Source: Vairimorpha necatrix (lineage: Eukaryota). From it: a stretch of 64,000 nucleotides of DNA. The number at the start of each line of letters is the position of its first letter. Positions within the stretch are counted from its first letter, which is position 1. The stretch lies in the NCBI GenBank assembly GCA_036630325.1, contig CP142734.1, positions 62,001 to 126,000 on the forward strand. Direction: 5' to 3'. Both the position numbers and the translations under genes were made by a program. Positions 25,237 to 37,400 of the stretch are shown here, piece by piece. The notes beneath the pieces are model-generated. The model was not told the DNA's origin and searched no databases. It saw nothing but the letters and a program-made list of their open reading frames with translations.

Positions 25237-25440
25237 ATGAAATTAACCAATATGCTTAATTTAATTTTTAGCTTAGGAATAATTAAATCAAAAATTAAAG
25301 ATGAAAAAAAGAAAGATGACAAAACGAAAGACGTAAAAAAGAAATCTAATATAGTAGAAAATCTGTTTATGGATATTAAGAAGTTAAGTACTGAAATAGA
25401 AAAGTTGAAATTTATGGACGATGAGAAAAATCCTAATTAA
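25237..25440 (+). CDS. Small putative secreted K/D-rich peptide
   Basis: 67 aa, hydrophobic N-terminus, upstream GTTTCA motif shared with its neighbours. Confidence 0.45.
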   Translation: MKLTNMLNLIFSLGIIKSKIKDEKKKDDKTKDVKKKSNIVENLFMDIKKLSTEIEKLKFMDDEKNPN

Positions 25441-25852
25441 AAAAACATGTTAACGTATTAATATTATTTTTTGAAAAAAAATGTTTGTTTTAATTCACAT
25501 TCCTTGTATATTATTTCGTCTTTTATTGTAAATTCAATATATTTATTAAATTTTATAAAAAAAGTATGTATATTAGATAGATTGTTTAATATCGGAAGCT
25601 TACTCACAACAAAATTATAATAGAGCTATTAAACGTGAATATTTATACCACAATACTGAATACATCATTCCATAATTGTATACAAATTGTTTTAGCATCT
25701 CCACATATTATAGTTTTTCAAGTTAATATAATTTGTTGAAATCTAAATTTTTTAATTTTTGTAAACTTAATTTTGTATAAGTTTTATGAGCTTTCAATTT
25801 ATTATAAGTTTCAGATTGTTTTTTTATAATTTTCTTTACAAAAAATAAACAA

Positions 25853-26422
25853 ATGATATTTTTATTTATTTTTCGCACATTGTGTGAATACAAAGAACTG
25901 GATGAATTTATAAATAAAGATATAAAAATATATTTTGCGGGCTATCCTACCACATTTCTTGGTATTCTAGAAGATAAATCAGAATTATTTGCTGAAAATA
26001 AATATCTCTCATTCGAAAAAATAAAATTTAATCCGAAATGTAGAATAATAAAGCGAGGATCATACTATGAATTATTATTTAGCAATAAGAAAATGTGTAA
26101 AACAGGAAACAGAATAGCTCAATGTTCAACGCCTGAAAATTGGGAAATTACAAGAAAGAATTTTGGATATACAATATCAAAAAACGATTATTGTATAACA
26201 AAAGATATTGATGATACATTAAAAATGCAGAAATGCGTAGATACGGATGATCAATTATTCTCTTTTAAACCGGTTGCTGCAGATTGTAATCCTGAAAGTA
26301 AACTTAATGATGAACATTCAGTACATGTTAATTTAATATCAGATGGAGTACAAAAATATACTATTAATAATATTAACCCTGTATCTGATGAATTTACTGA
26401 AGAGTTTACCATGGATGAATAA
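25853..26422 (+). CDS. PTP4: Probable polar tube protein 4 (ricin B-lectin-like)
   Basis: Signal peptide; ELDEFINKDIKIYFAGYP..LG..EDKS..KRGSYYE resembles microsporidian PTP4 as I recall it; C..W..YCIT..C..DQLF beta-trefoil pattern. Confidence 0.72.
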   Translation: MIFLFIFRTLCEYKELDEFINKDIKIYFAGYPTTFLGILEDKSELFAENKYLSFEKIKFNPKCRIIKRGSYYELLFSNKKMCKTGNRIAQCSTPENWEITRKNFGYTISKNDYCITKDIDDTLKMQKCVDTDDQLFSFKPVAADCNPESKLNDEHSVHVNLISDGVQKYTINNINPVSDEFTEEFTMDE

Positions 26423-26707
26423 ACAAACGTTTTATTTCAAAACTATACAATATGTTAATTTTTATTACAAATAAATGCATATTCTACATTTTAATAGTTA
26501 TGAAACTTTAAAATAATTAATTTAATGTAAAAAAACATTTTTATTTTTCAATATAAATACATCAAAAACAAACTCCGCGGCTTTAGTAGTCTGAAGAGAA
26601 ACAAAATAGTATTTTATAATCAATAAATTTAATTAGTTCATTTACAAATGTTCTAGGTACTAAATTATGACAAAGCTTGTTCTTTGCGTTATGAGTTAAT
26701 AGTAATG

Positions 26708-26859
26708 AATGTTTTAGATATGAAACCTTAAATTTATTGCTCATTAAATTGTTTCTTGGTTCTGTGTAAAAAAAAATGTTTTAGATATGAAACCATAGTA
26801 CAAAATTTTTGATTTTTTGCTAGGTGAATCTAATTAAATAAATGTTTTAGATATGAAAC
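26708..26859 (+). promoter_or_regulatory. Three 19-20-bp direct repeats AATGTTTTAGATATGAAAC(C) upstream of PTP5
   Basis: Copies at 26708, 26775 and 26841; regulatory role inferred. Confidence 0.6.
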
Positions 26860-26887
26860 TATATAACATTATAACTTTTTTATCACC

Positions 26888-27682
26888 ATGTTTTTGTTTT
26901 TATATTATATTTTCGGCTATAATATAAATAAAATAGTCAATAAAAAAATCTTAATACGCTCAATACCATATGACAATTATATTATAGCAGAAGACATCAG
27001 CGATTTCAGCCCAAATGTATTCCATACAAAAAATATTTTACACGATCTACAAGGGTTTAATAAAATTTCTATGTTAGAACAACAAGACAATAAATACAAA
27101 ATAAAAATTGGTAATTACTATCTTTGCCATGATCCAACTGTTGTATGTAATTTTACTGATGGCAAATGTACTGACAACGAATACAAACAAATAGATTGCG
27201 ATGTATGCAGAAACAAATTTATAAAAGTATGCAATAATGATCCCGAACTCTGGGAAATAGAAAGAACATTTTTTGGATTTAATATCAGACAAAAAAATAA
27301 ATGTTTAACTCTAGGATATAAATTATTATTATCAGAATGTAACGGTCATAAAAATCAAATATTTGGGTTTGAAGATTATGAATTAATGAGTTGTTTTGAA
27401 AATTTTAATTTTGATAAAAAACCAACTACACGTAAAGAAGAGATTAAATTAGCAAAAATGAAGAAATTATTAAAACAAGTTGAGAAAAAAAATCCTGAAA
27501 AAGTTAAAAAAATTTTAAATGATAAAAAAACGGAAGATGAAGTATTAGAGAAATTGGTACCTGGTATTAAAGATAAACCTAAAATGAAAAAAATGTGGGG
27601 ATCTTTGTGGAATTATAGTTTTAAAGGAATATCTTTACCAAATGGGTACAAATTTAAAATGTTTTGTACGAAATGGTGGTAA
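26888..27682 (+). CDS. PTP5: Probable polar tube protein 5 (ricin B-lectin-like)
   Basis: Signal peptide; Cys-rich trefoil (YLC, LWEIE, KCLT..EC..NQIF); basic C-terminus; tandem behind the PTP4-like gene, the known arrangement. Confidence 0.62.
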   Translation: MFLFLYYIFGYNINKIVNKKILIRSIPYDNYIIAEDISDFSPNVFHTKNILHDLQGFNKISMLEQQDNKYKIKIGNYYLCHDPTVVCNFTDGKCTDNEYKQIDCDVCRNKFIKVCNNDPELWEIERTFFGFNIRQKNKCLTLGYKLLLSECNGHKNQIFGFEDYELMSCFENFNFDKKPTTRKEEIKLAKMKKLLKQVEKKNPEKVKKILNDKKTEDEVLEKLVPGIKDKPKMKKMWGSLWNYSFKGISLPNGYKFKMFCTKWW

Positions 27683-28100
27683 AAAATAGATTATATTAGT
27701 GAAAAATCTCGATTTTATAGTCTTTTGTTAGACAGCTAATTTTTTAAGCGGTGTTGTGTTTAACAGTCGTGATTATGAAGATTTACATTAAATTATCTCC
27801 CAGATTTATTACATTCACTAAAAGTTAAATTATATGTCTGCAAAGTTAATTTTGCTGTTACTATAATAACATATTCTAATAAATATTTTGAAAGAAAATT
27901 TTAAATATTCTAAATTTGGCCGAACAACATTGTATGTTAAAATATAACTACATTCTTTTTTTACTTTACATTTAAAACATACTTTTAACACACGTAAACC
28001 CAAGTGCTAAGTATACGTGTAAATTTAAATAAAATATGCATTTGCTTTATTTATTATTGTTTCATCTGAAGATTATTTTTTTCAAACTACATAAACAATT

Positions 28101-28706
28101 ATGTTATTCATCTTTCTATTGTATTTATTCTTCACAAAAACTACACGAGTAAAATTAGCTTCAAAAGATCTATCATCAGACTTCCTTAAACACAACCTTC
28201 CAATTGGTATAGTTACTAACAGCAAAGAATTCCCAGATTCGTTTATACTAATTATAAAAAACCCAGAAGTAAAAGAAAGACTGGGCAAGGATACTTTTGC
28301 TTTAGAAAAAACGGTACATGGTTATAAAATAAGCAACATGTCTGAATGCATAACAGTTGATCCTGAAAATATACAACTAGACCATTGTTATAATGATGAC
28401 GATTTTAGATCATTAACACAGAGATTCAGACTTGAAAATGTCGAGACAATGCCGTTTAATATAACCGAAGAAGCTACAAAAATTAAAAAAGAATACGATA
28501 CAGATCTTCCTTTTCCATCTAGTGGTCTCAAATTTATACCAGACAATGAACCAAGCATTCCAATGGGTATTAAAAGTATAAAAAGAACTCATTCTAAATC
28601 GAAGACTGATTTAAAGAGACATTTTAAGCAAACGAAAAATGGAATTCAAATTAATTCTAAAGATCCAGAAATAGAAGGTCCACTAAGGGACTTTATAGCC
28701 GATTAA
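28101..28706 (+). CDS. Secreted ricin B-lectin-like protein
   Basis: Signal peptide; GYKIS..ECIT..LDHC..TQRF. Confidence 0.72.
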   Translation: MLFIFLLYLFFTKTTRVKLASKDLSSDFLKHNLPIGIVTNSKEFPDSFILIIKNPEVKERLGKDTFALEKTVHGYKISNMSECITVDPENIQLDHCYNDDDFRSLTQRFRLENVETMPFNITEEATKIKKEYDTDLPFPSSGLKFIPDNEPSIPMGIKSIKRTHSKSKTDLKRHFKQTKNGIQINSKDPEIEGPLRDFIAD

Positions 28707-28931
28707 TAAAATTTATTCTAAATATATCTGTTATTCATTTTTTATACATTACAATAAAATGCCTTTCTATCACTAGAAAAGTTTATGAAAATGCGTCATT
28801 GTAAAACTCATTAATTAGACATAAATATTATATCTTTTTAATAAAATATGAATTGTGTAAGCATAAGTATTAATAAAAAAAAATTTTAAAAAAAATGCGC
28901 AAATTGTATTTATGAACAATATTTAAATTAA

Positions 28932-29552
28932 TTATTGTGATGATTTTAATAATGAAAATTCTTTGTTCCTGCTTTCAAACAAATCCTCAATGAATTCACT
29001 ACGATGTATTTTTGATAATTGTCTCATTACATTATCAAATTCTATATCTTTTCTCCCTCCATAATGTTCCCTTTTATCATACTCAATGTCTATATTATCT
29101 CCCGTAGGTACACGTACATGATCAAGTATAAATTTTTGTTCGTCAGATTTGTCATCACATCCCCTCAAGAATATTTTCCCTTGGTACACATGTAAACATT
29201 TATTATTTTTTCTTATAGTATGATAATTATCTGTTTTTTTTATATTGAAAGATGACTCGTTACTGATTTTATCACATACGGTCAGTTTACCATTTTTGAG
29301 GCACATCAAGTCGCCACAATAGTAAAATCTATATTCTGTGTTTGATATTGGCACTATTATCGGCGATAGACAGTAAATTCCTTGCATTTCTTTTCGTCTT
29401 ATACTTTGGAAGTTAAAGACTTTTTGACCATTATTGAGTTTTGTGAGGGTCAATGCTTTTGTAGTGTCCGAATATGATTCTATGTATATTTTACTTGTTA
29501 GTATATAGGATATGAATAATGTAAAGAACATTTGTGTGTTTATATTTCTCAT
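28932..29552 (-). CDS. Secreted ricin B-lectin-like protein
   Basis: MFFTLFISYIL signal (true start possibly 29531); LMCL..C, KCLHV..GC..EQKF. Confidence 0.78.
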   Translation of the reverse strand: MRNINTQMFFTLFISYILTSKIYIESYSDTTKALTLTKLNNGQKVFNFQSIRRKEMQGIYCLSPIIVPISNTEYRFYYCGDLMCLKNGKLTVCDKISNESSFNIKKTDNYHTIRKNNKCLHVYQGKIFLRGCDDKSDEQKFILDHVRVPTGDNIDIEYDKREHYGGRKDIEFDNVMRQLSKIHRSEFIEDLFESRNKEFSLLKSSQ

Positions 29553-29877
29553 ATAGAGTGGTTTATATCAGTAATTTTTATTATATTTATAAATTTCAAA
29601 CATTGTTTCTTCATGTTTCGAAATTGTCTTAAATGTTTTGATATATGTGACGATTATTCATTGTTTGTACAATATTATTTTGCTTCTTGTTTTTGTTATG
29701 TTAAAATGTATCTTGTCTAACAATATTAGCATTTTTTTGCCTATATAGCCATTTTGATTGAGTAAAAATAAAAATAAAAAGTTTATTATTATACAAATGT
29801 ATGGTACATAGTTCTACACTTTCACATACTTTGTTCTTCCTTTTCTTTCTTCTTATTTCTTTTTTCTACCCCTTAAA

Positions 29878-30147
29878 ATGTCCAATGGAACTAAGAAAGT
29901 TGGTATCTCCGGAAGATTCGGCGCACGTTATGGCTCAACTCTAAGAAAAAGAATGAAGAAAGTTTTAGAGACACAGAAGAAGACTTATGAATGTAGAGCA
30001 TGCGGGAAGACATCAGTTAAGAGAGATGTAGTAGGAATATGGACATGTAGATCATGCAAGATTAAATTTGCAGGCGGAGCTTATGCTTATGTTACCCCAG
30101 CAGGGACGACATTTAACAACATGTTAAAACAATCTAACGCCAATTAA
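29878..30147 (+). CDS. RPL37A: 60S ribosomal protein L37a (eL43)
   Basis: [21 protein letters not shown]4 zinc finger, GIWTC, AGGAY. Confidence 0.97.
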
Positions 30148-30264
30148 AAAAATATTTATTATTTTAAAAAAGAATCTAAGAATAATGTGCTTTATAAGTT
30201 TAATAATAGTGTATTTTAAGCTGAATTTAGATTTTTTTATATATTTTATCATTCCTCTTACAAT

Positions 30265-30903
30265 GTGTTTTATCTTAAAACATACCATTTATTTTTTCTG
30301 TTTGTTTTTGTTTACATGTTTCTTCATTTTCTTTTCCTCTACACATTCCAAGACATCTTCAATGAATCTTTCGTCTTAGTCAACAAACTTCATGGCAATA
30401 AAGCCATCACTCTCGTAAACCACACTAATGACTTGACTCTTCCCATCAGATTACTAGAAATATCAAATGATAATTTAATGTCTCAATTATGGCAGTTAAG
30501 ATTCAATATGTCCAAAAACTTCTGGTTAGTCAACATTCATTCTCCTTTGTACAGATCAATTGAAGAATCAAAACATTTAGTAGCAAAGAAGAATTTGCTG
30601 CCAGGTGACACTAATTTAAAATTAAAATATGTCTCCGAGGATACTTATAAAATTATTTCTGGTGGACTGTGTCTTACAGTAGGAGAAATTAATAAAAAAA
30701 ATGAAGTTGAATACTACCCATTAGAGTTTAGTAAATGTAATCAGGCAGACAATCAAGGGTTTATATTTATACCTAGGATACTGGTAGAGAAGTATAATAA
30801 TAAAGAAAGAGCATCTGCAGAAGGAGATGATGAAGTCAATGAAGCGTATAGAAGACTAAATAAGGAGTTGAATGTTGCGCACACGTATGTTAAAGAAGAA
30901 TAA
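30265..30903 (+). CDS. Secreted ricin B-lectin-like protein
   Basis: True start probably at MFLHFLFLY (~30316); SQLWQL and GLCLTV..C..NQGF motifs. Confidence 0.75.
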   Translation: MFYLKTYHLFFLFVFVYMFLHFLFLYTFQDIFNESFVLVNKLHGNKAITLVNHTNDLTLPIRLLEISNDNLMSQLWQLRFNMSKNFWLVNIHSPLYRSIEESKHLVAKKNLLPGDTNLKLKYVSEDTYKIISGGLCLTVGEINKKNEVEYYPLEFSKCNQADNQGFIFIPRILVEKYNNKERASAEGDDEVNEAYRRLNKELNVAHTYVKEE

Positions 30904-31515
30904 AACGAAATATATTTTAAAGGCCTGTTTTGTAACAAACTATTTTTAAATGCCTGATTTGTATTATGTTAGTGTCTTTATAATATTTAATAAATAAACT
31001 CCTTATGCTTGTTAAATCCTTCAGCATATTACTTACAGTAATATTTGTAAATGTATGACTAGCTAAAGCTTTCTTTTTTTTTAAAATGAGATTTTTTTTT
31101 GCACGCTGCATTTAAATTATTGGGATGCGATTTCAAAAGGAATTTATATGAATTTAGAATAAACCTTAAATTATTATCTAATAGTAAAATCAAACAAAAA
31201 CTATTGTAAACTCGATGAAATGATTCTAAACCTGTTTTTTTTTTTATATTTTAAAATTTCGCTTTTTTTATTTTCAGAAGGTAAAACACTTTTGCATTTT
31301 TTTAAAGTGGCCTAAAATTAGAAAATGCCTCTGCTCATATTTTGTAACTAAGGCCGACTTTGGTCACAAAATTAAGTAAATAGGTAAAACATTTAGTGTA
31401 CGCTATAATAATTATTTCACTAAGTTCAAATTTAATATAGCATTAAAAAAACATTTACAATATAGTTATAAAAAATAATAATAATGAATTACATCAAATT
31501 ATACATTTTATTGCA

Positions 31516-32898
31516 TTAAATATCAATTCGTATTCCGGAATACAGACCCTCTTCATTCTCGTCTAGTAGTCCATTCCCTATAGAATCATTAAACCCCACA
31601 AATTGTAATAGTCCCGCGCTCTTTGGATTAGTATTAATGTTTAAGTTCCTCCTTGTATTATCCATTCTTGTATTTTTAAATTCTTCATTTAGTAGTCCGT
31701 CACTATTTATAAGATTCACTGGTTTATTTTTTTTCTTTCTTTCGAAATATTCGCACTCTGGGTCATCAGGATTTTGACAAGTGTAGTCTTGTTCATTATA
31801 CATATATTTACTAGGGTTATTTTTGATATATTGACCTCTGTTATATAAATCTTTATTATATTTGTTATATTTATTAGTATCGTACATATAGTTGATATCC
31901 CTATCTCGGCCGCTGTATATACCTTTACCATACATACCTGGATCATTACCATACATGCCTGGATCATTACCATACATACCTGGATCATTACCATACATGC
32001 CGGGATCTTTGTTGTACATATTTTTATCTCGATTAGTATACCTATCTTTTTCGTACCTATCTCGACTATATTTATTTTGATCTGATATGTTAATAAGTGG
32101 ATTTATCCCTGCATCCCCTTTGGATGGCCTATTGGTCTTATCCACTGTATTAAGCAGTGTATTAGTCACTGTCTTATACAGTGTAGTAAACACTGTCTCT
32201 GTAGAATTAATTATCAGAGTAGTGTACAATGTAGAGTGAAGAATATTACTAATATTCTCTTTATAAAGAATGGCAGGTTCTTCTTTAATATTCTTCTTAA
32301 TCTCTGTACTTACCGCATTATCTTTATAAATATTACCTTGAGGCATATCTTCTTCAGATGATGACGACGATGAGTCATTATAAAAATTTACATATATTTC
32401 ATCTCTGTGTATATTCCTGTCTTTATCCTTACTGTCCTTTCCTTCTACTTCTACTTCCATTTTACTCTTTCTTTTATCCACAAGTTCTATCTTGAACTCT
32501 TGATTCTTCTGGTTACTACAAGGTCTCAGTAAAATTTTTCTGTCTTCTATATGAAGACACTTTCCTTCATCGACAACTCTAATGCTAAAACTCTTCTCAT
32601 TTTTCATATGAAGCCTGAACTTGTACATCATTTCTGTAAACACTAAATTTTGAATATTAAGATCGTATTTCAAGTATCTTGGTCTTTTATTCTTAACATG
32701 CTCGAATATTATAGCATCTTTGGTAGGGCCTTTTGTATCAGACAAATCTATAAAAAAATCCACTTTTGGGGATTTCTTGTTACTAGTTAATCCTATATCA
32801 CTAGATCTCCTTTGTAAGTAGTCATTTTTGTAAAGACTCTTTATTCTGGCTCTATATATGGTAGAAAAGACCGAGTGGATTATTAGTAAAAAAATCAT
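31516..32898 (-). CDS. Secreted ricin B-lectin-like protein with S/T-rich linker and DPGMYGN repeats
   Basis: Signal peptide; GKCLHI..PCSNQKNQEF; low-complexity C-terminal half. Confidence 0.82.
   Translation of the reverse strand: MIFLLIIHSVFSTIYRARIKSLYKNDYLQRRSSDIGLTSNKKSPKVDFFIDLSDTKGPTKDAIIFEHVKNKRPRYLKYDLNIQNLVFTEMMYKFRLHMKNEKSFSIRVVDEGKCLHIEDRKILLRPCSNQKNQEFKIELVDKRKSKMEVEVEGKDSKDKDRNIHRDEIYVNFYNDSSSSSSEEDMPQGNIYKDNAVSTEIKKNIKEEPAILYKENISNILHSTLYTTLIINSTETVFTTLYKTVTNTLLNTVDKTNRPSKGDAGINPLINISDQNKYSRDRYEKDRYTNRDKNMYNKDPGMYGNDPGMYGNDPGMYGNDPGMYGKGIYSGRDRDINYMYDTNKYNKYNKDLYNRGQYIKNNPSKYMYNEQDYTCQNPDDPECEYFERKKKNKPVNLINSDGLLNEEFKNTRMDNTRRNLNINTNPKSAGLLQFVGFNDSIGNGLLDENEEGLYSGIRIDI
31926..32007 (-). 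repeat. 21-bp coding tandem repeat, ~4 copies (DPGMYGN)
   Basis: ACCATACAT[A/G]CCTGGATCATT repeated. Confidence 0.9.
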
Positions 32899-34053
32899 TA
32901 ATAAAAGAAAAAAAATCGGGAGTTTTATTATTGTGTTTCAGAAAACATGAAACATGTATCAAAATTCATAAAAAAATATTTTGATATGTTTATGTTTGAC
33001 ATTATATAATATATTTTGAACATAGTTACAATCTGGTAATATAAATTTAAAACAGAACATAACTTAAAAATAAAGCTTTTAAGATCAAACGGATTTTGTT
33101 GCGGTCGCAATCACAAAACAGCCAATCTCCAACTTCTAGAATATTTTATGCGGAGGTTGAAAATATTTGAGTTAGCTCTCGAAAATTACTTGTGCATATT
33201 CAAGGTATTTAAAATATATTTTGTTCTTTGTAGTATGAGTTTTTTTAATAAGCTATCTAATCGAAGAGACCTAAGTGCATCGTGGCTGGACTACTTAAGT
33301 CAAATCGAGACTCTTAAAGGGGGCCTTGAATGGGAACATATAGTATCAATGTTCTTAGTAATGCTAAAAGAACTGAAGATCGTCACCACATCTCTTATTA
33401 AAAAAGAATTATATTAAAAATTTTACCCCTCTTTTTGCGATTTGCAATTTCTAAAGGAATATTAGATTTTTTTTCAATATAATTTTAAATATAAAAAATA
33501 ATAGAAGATTCTTACTATATAATGCGTATGTTATATGTTTAAATACATTAATATTTGTTTTTGTATAACTTAATTTCAAATATCGTCAGAAAAGTATTTA
33601 GATTTTATTGCATCTTTCTCTAAAAAACCAAAAACATTATTTAGATTTTAAAAGATAATTGTCAAAAATTAATCCTAAAATATATAAAAATCATCTTTTA
33701 GAATTCATAGAATTTTTTGAATCATAATTAGTGCTCAAAATTTACTAATTAAATTTTACTGCTTCAAAATTAAGATCTCTTCTAGTCTTTTTTCGAACTA
33801 AAAATTGTGTGGTATTATTCGCCACATTATTTTATTTGCATTTAATCATCCTTCAAATGCCTTTTCTGTAAATATCAACATAAATATTTTGTTTTATTTC
33901 TACCCATTAGAATTTTAGGCACGAGAAGAGAAGGAAATTTTATAACAATTAAGATGAGGAGGACCTACGAGAAGTTTTGAAGAGCAAATAAACAAGAAAC
34001 ATTAAAAACAATTAAAAATATATTGTATCGAGGGCACTATAGAGTTCTATTTA

Positions 34054-34529
34054 CAAAAGGCCGCCTCCCTGGTGGTAACACCACAAATAGTCGATCTAAA
34101 AAAATACAATGCGCAAATACATAAAATCGTTTATTGAACGGGATTTACGCTAGTAAATATATAAATGATATATATTACTATATGTCCCACGACTTCTTTC
34201 CTATAACCATTACGTTCCAATAGGACTCTAAGACTTGAACCCCGCGGCCGTCATGTCTTAATTTCGGCCAAGTCATGGACGCAAACAAGCGCGCCATCGG
34301 TAACAAACAAATGAAAAATAATAAAATGTCTATTCTAGTGAATAATAACATAATAAGTAATGCTATACAAGAGATCATTTCCTTCAAATGAATGATGCGT
34401 TTGACATTTATTAAAATTAAAACATTAAGGATAAATTTCTAGCCCCTCACCGAGTTATTAGAGAACATTGAAACATTTAATTAAAACTCATATTTAGACT
34501 TACGGAGCAGCCAGGGAGGCAGCTTGTGT
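34054..34529. mobile_element. MITE-like element
   Basis: Inverted GC-rich ends GCCGCCTCCCTGG (~34060) / CCAGGGAGGCAGC (~34511); no coding capacity; no TSD seen. Confidence 0.45.
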
Positions 34530-34845
34530 CACACTATCTTTGTTGTATTTAGTCTCGTACCCCCTATTCTGTTAAGTCCTCATATTACAAAAAAAACGCT
34601 TGACTGCTTTTCAAAATTATCTTTAACGTAGTCGTTATTTTAAGCATAAAACTCAGGGCCTTTACATCATATATAACGTATCTAAACATTTGTTTATTTA
34701 ATGGAAAGTACGTAAGATTCGTTTTCACAAGAAACAAAATTAAAGTAGATATTAAAGCAATAGGAGTTTATTAAATCCTTATATTTAAATAATTATTTTT
34801 AGTAATTTGTTTTTTATTGTAGTTTTTATTATATGTCTTAAAAAT

Positions 34846-35934
34846 TTAAATTCCGATAAATTTTTTAATTTGTTGCCTATGCGAAAATGGCCCAAATAAT
34901 TGTTGCTTAGATCCGACTGCTTTGCTGGGATAATTCACGTTTTCACCAACTGCTTGGGGGTTTACAAAGCTTTGCGTGCCAACTCCTAATTCTTCTGGGG
35001 TTTCATGAGCCTCCCTAAGGTGAGCAGCCTCTTTCTCAAATAAAGTTTTTTTCATTAAAAATTGTAGTTCCTCCCGTGTTAGTTCATTAGACGGATCATT
35101 AGGTGGTAAGTTTTCAGCTTCTAACAAATCAATGTAACGGCGGTTAAAACTACCCCTGCTAGTTTCCCTGCCGGGGATTGGGTTCTGTTCTCCATGTTGA
35201 GTTCCTACAGATGTGGAGGTTTTCTGTGGATTTTCTTCAACGATATCAGATTGCATCATTTTCTTCCTATAATTACCTTGTGGATTATTAGTTTTCACTT
35301 GCAAATTTCTACCCTCTTCTAATAAAAGATTTTTTATTTGCTCAAATTTATTGCTATTATGTTGTCCATTTTCTTGTTCTTCTTGTGTATTTTCATTAGG
35401 TTTTATAATCAAAATTATTCCGAAATTATCGCCTCCATATCCCGGCCTAGGACACTCTTTGGCGATAAATTCGCCCTTATCATCAAAAATACAGAAGTTT
35501 GTCCCTTTTATACCTATCGAAGAACTGTGGGCATTGTTAAATCTTAAAAAAAGGTTCAAAATGTCCTCTTCGCTTTTTTTTTCCTCTTCGCCTTCGCTTT
35601 CTCCTTCGTCCTTACCCTCTTCGCCCTCTTCAGCTTTTTTAACATCTTTACACTTCTCACTACTAGTGTCATTATTTATAGTACACATGGACTCAGTAAA
35701 ATATTTAATATCTACTTTTATGAATTTAAGCTTTTTGGTCTCCTTATCAAAGGTCAATAACTCCCCAGTTTTGGTAATTAAGGCGAAATGAGCATTGTCG
35801 TCTTTGGAAGACACAATAATATAGATATTGGCTTCAGTATTTTTTTGATCTACATTATATGGAAATACAAAAGCCTCGTTATAATTATTGTTAAACTCTT
35901 TGGCAAATATTCCAAAAATAATGAATAAAATCAT
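34846..35934 (-). CDS. Secreted protein, divergent ricin-lectin-like N-terminus; paralogue of 37736-38923
   Basis: Signal peptide; IGIKGTNFC..ECP..GGDNFG shared with the paralogue. Confidence 0.85.
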   Translation of the reverse strand: MILFIIFGIFAKEFNNNYNEAFVFPYNVDQKNTEANIYIIVSSKDDNAHFALITKTGELLTFDKETKKLKFIKVDIKYFTESMCTINNDTSSEKCKDVKKAEEGEEGKDEGESEGEEEKKSEEDILNLFLRFNNAHSSSIGIKGTNFCIFDDKGEFIAKECPRPGYGGDNFGIILIIKPNENTQEEQENGQHNSNKFEQIKNLLLEEGRNLQVKTNNPQGNYRKKMMQSDIVEENPQKTSTSVGTQHGEQNPIPGRETSRGSFNRRYIDLLEAENLPPNDPSNELTREELQFLMKKTLFEKEAAHLREAHETPEELGVGTQSFVNPQAVGENVNYPSKAVGSKQQLFGPFSHRQQIKKFIGI

Positions 35935-37189
35935 ACTATATTTGATGGGAAATATTATTTATATTTTTTATGAAACATTGTGTAACATGTAATATAATGA
36001 TCAAATAAATATGAATTTTCAATAAATTAAATGTATTTTTATGAAACACAAATGCACAAATCATCATCGTGTAAAAAACTACAGAGGTTAAAATTTTTTA
36101 AAAAAAAAGTAAGGCAAAGAAAAATTTAAAAAAATAATATTACTATGAAAACAAAGGTAAAAAGTATCATCAGACTTTTTTTTGTAGGTGTTTATATAGT
36201 TTTTCAACTCAAAATGAAATGTCAAAGTAGGATCATTTTGGAAGAAAATACAGAAACTTTTAATGTAACAAATATATTAAATTGAAAACCCTAAAATTTG
36301 ATTTTAAAAATAATATGCTAATTAAGAATTAAAAAAAAATTTGACTTTTTTTTTAAAATTTCCTGTAGATATATCTAATTTCAACAATAAAAAAGAATTT
36401 AATTGTTCTATATCTAACTGGTATCTCTAAAATGAACAAAACAAATTAAAAAAAATTTATTAGTGTTAATATGTACACAATGTAGAGAATGATAGTAATT
36501 ACATGATGCAAAAAAAAAAATTATCATAATATATATATGATTTTATGGTTTAATGTGAGAAGTGATAGTCTTAACTTTGATTTTTTTAAGCATAATTTTT
36601 GTGGTTAAAATCTAAAGATAAAAACCATCTAAATAAAGAATAAAGTGTCCTCAATTAATTTTCAGGTATATAGAACCAATGTTTTATTATAATATAAAAC
36701 AATCGTTAAGTATTGGTCAAAAAATTCATTATTAATCACATTTTCTTAGTAGAACTTATTTAAATGTTTCCATCTGTTTTTTTGAGATTTGAAATTTTTA
36801 AATAAATATTTGATCTAATTTTCTCAATATAATATAAAATTGATCCATTGGAAGATTCTGACTGTTACCAACCGTGTTTCACACGCCAAAATAAGACTGG
36901 AACTGAAAGATGAAACATTTGTTAATGATCTAAAGTTAGCTAGTTTAGAAATGAAACTAAAATTATTTAAGAAATCTTATATAGAATAAATATACCAAAT
37001 AAATAAAGTTCTCAATCCAATAAAAAGCTATTCTAAAAAACGATCTCTCCTTCTACTAACACTGACTATTATAAGATCGTATTATATGTTCATACATAGA
37101 CTAAATATTTTTTTCTCAATATAAATGATTTATTGAGTTTTTTTTCGATTAGTTAATATTTGTAGAACAGCCCGTCCTGGTGCCGCTCG

Positions 37190-37400
37190 TGGAAATTATC
37201 TCTTCACAGACTAAAGTTTTTTTTTTGAATTTTTTTGTTCTCAGCTCCAAATTTTCAGCACAATCTCTATTGCCGACAGCACCTCTTCAGCAGTAGCCTT
37301 ATTTGCTAGTGAGCTTAAAATCTAGCCCCTTCTTCCTCCACTGCATTCTCTTGATCGTACCTCGTCGTCGTTTAAAGAGATAGACTCTAGATTTTCCTTC
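37190..37400 (-). mobile_element. Non-LTR retrotransposon 3' remnant
   Basis: TCGTCGTCGTTTAAAGAGATAGACTCTAG matches ~59697-59725. Confidence 0.5.

Noticed and set aside
26708-26859. CRISPR-like repeat-spacer array
   Set aside because: Eukaryotic context, no cas genes, only three short repeats with AT-rich spacers, located in a promoter
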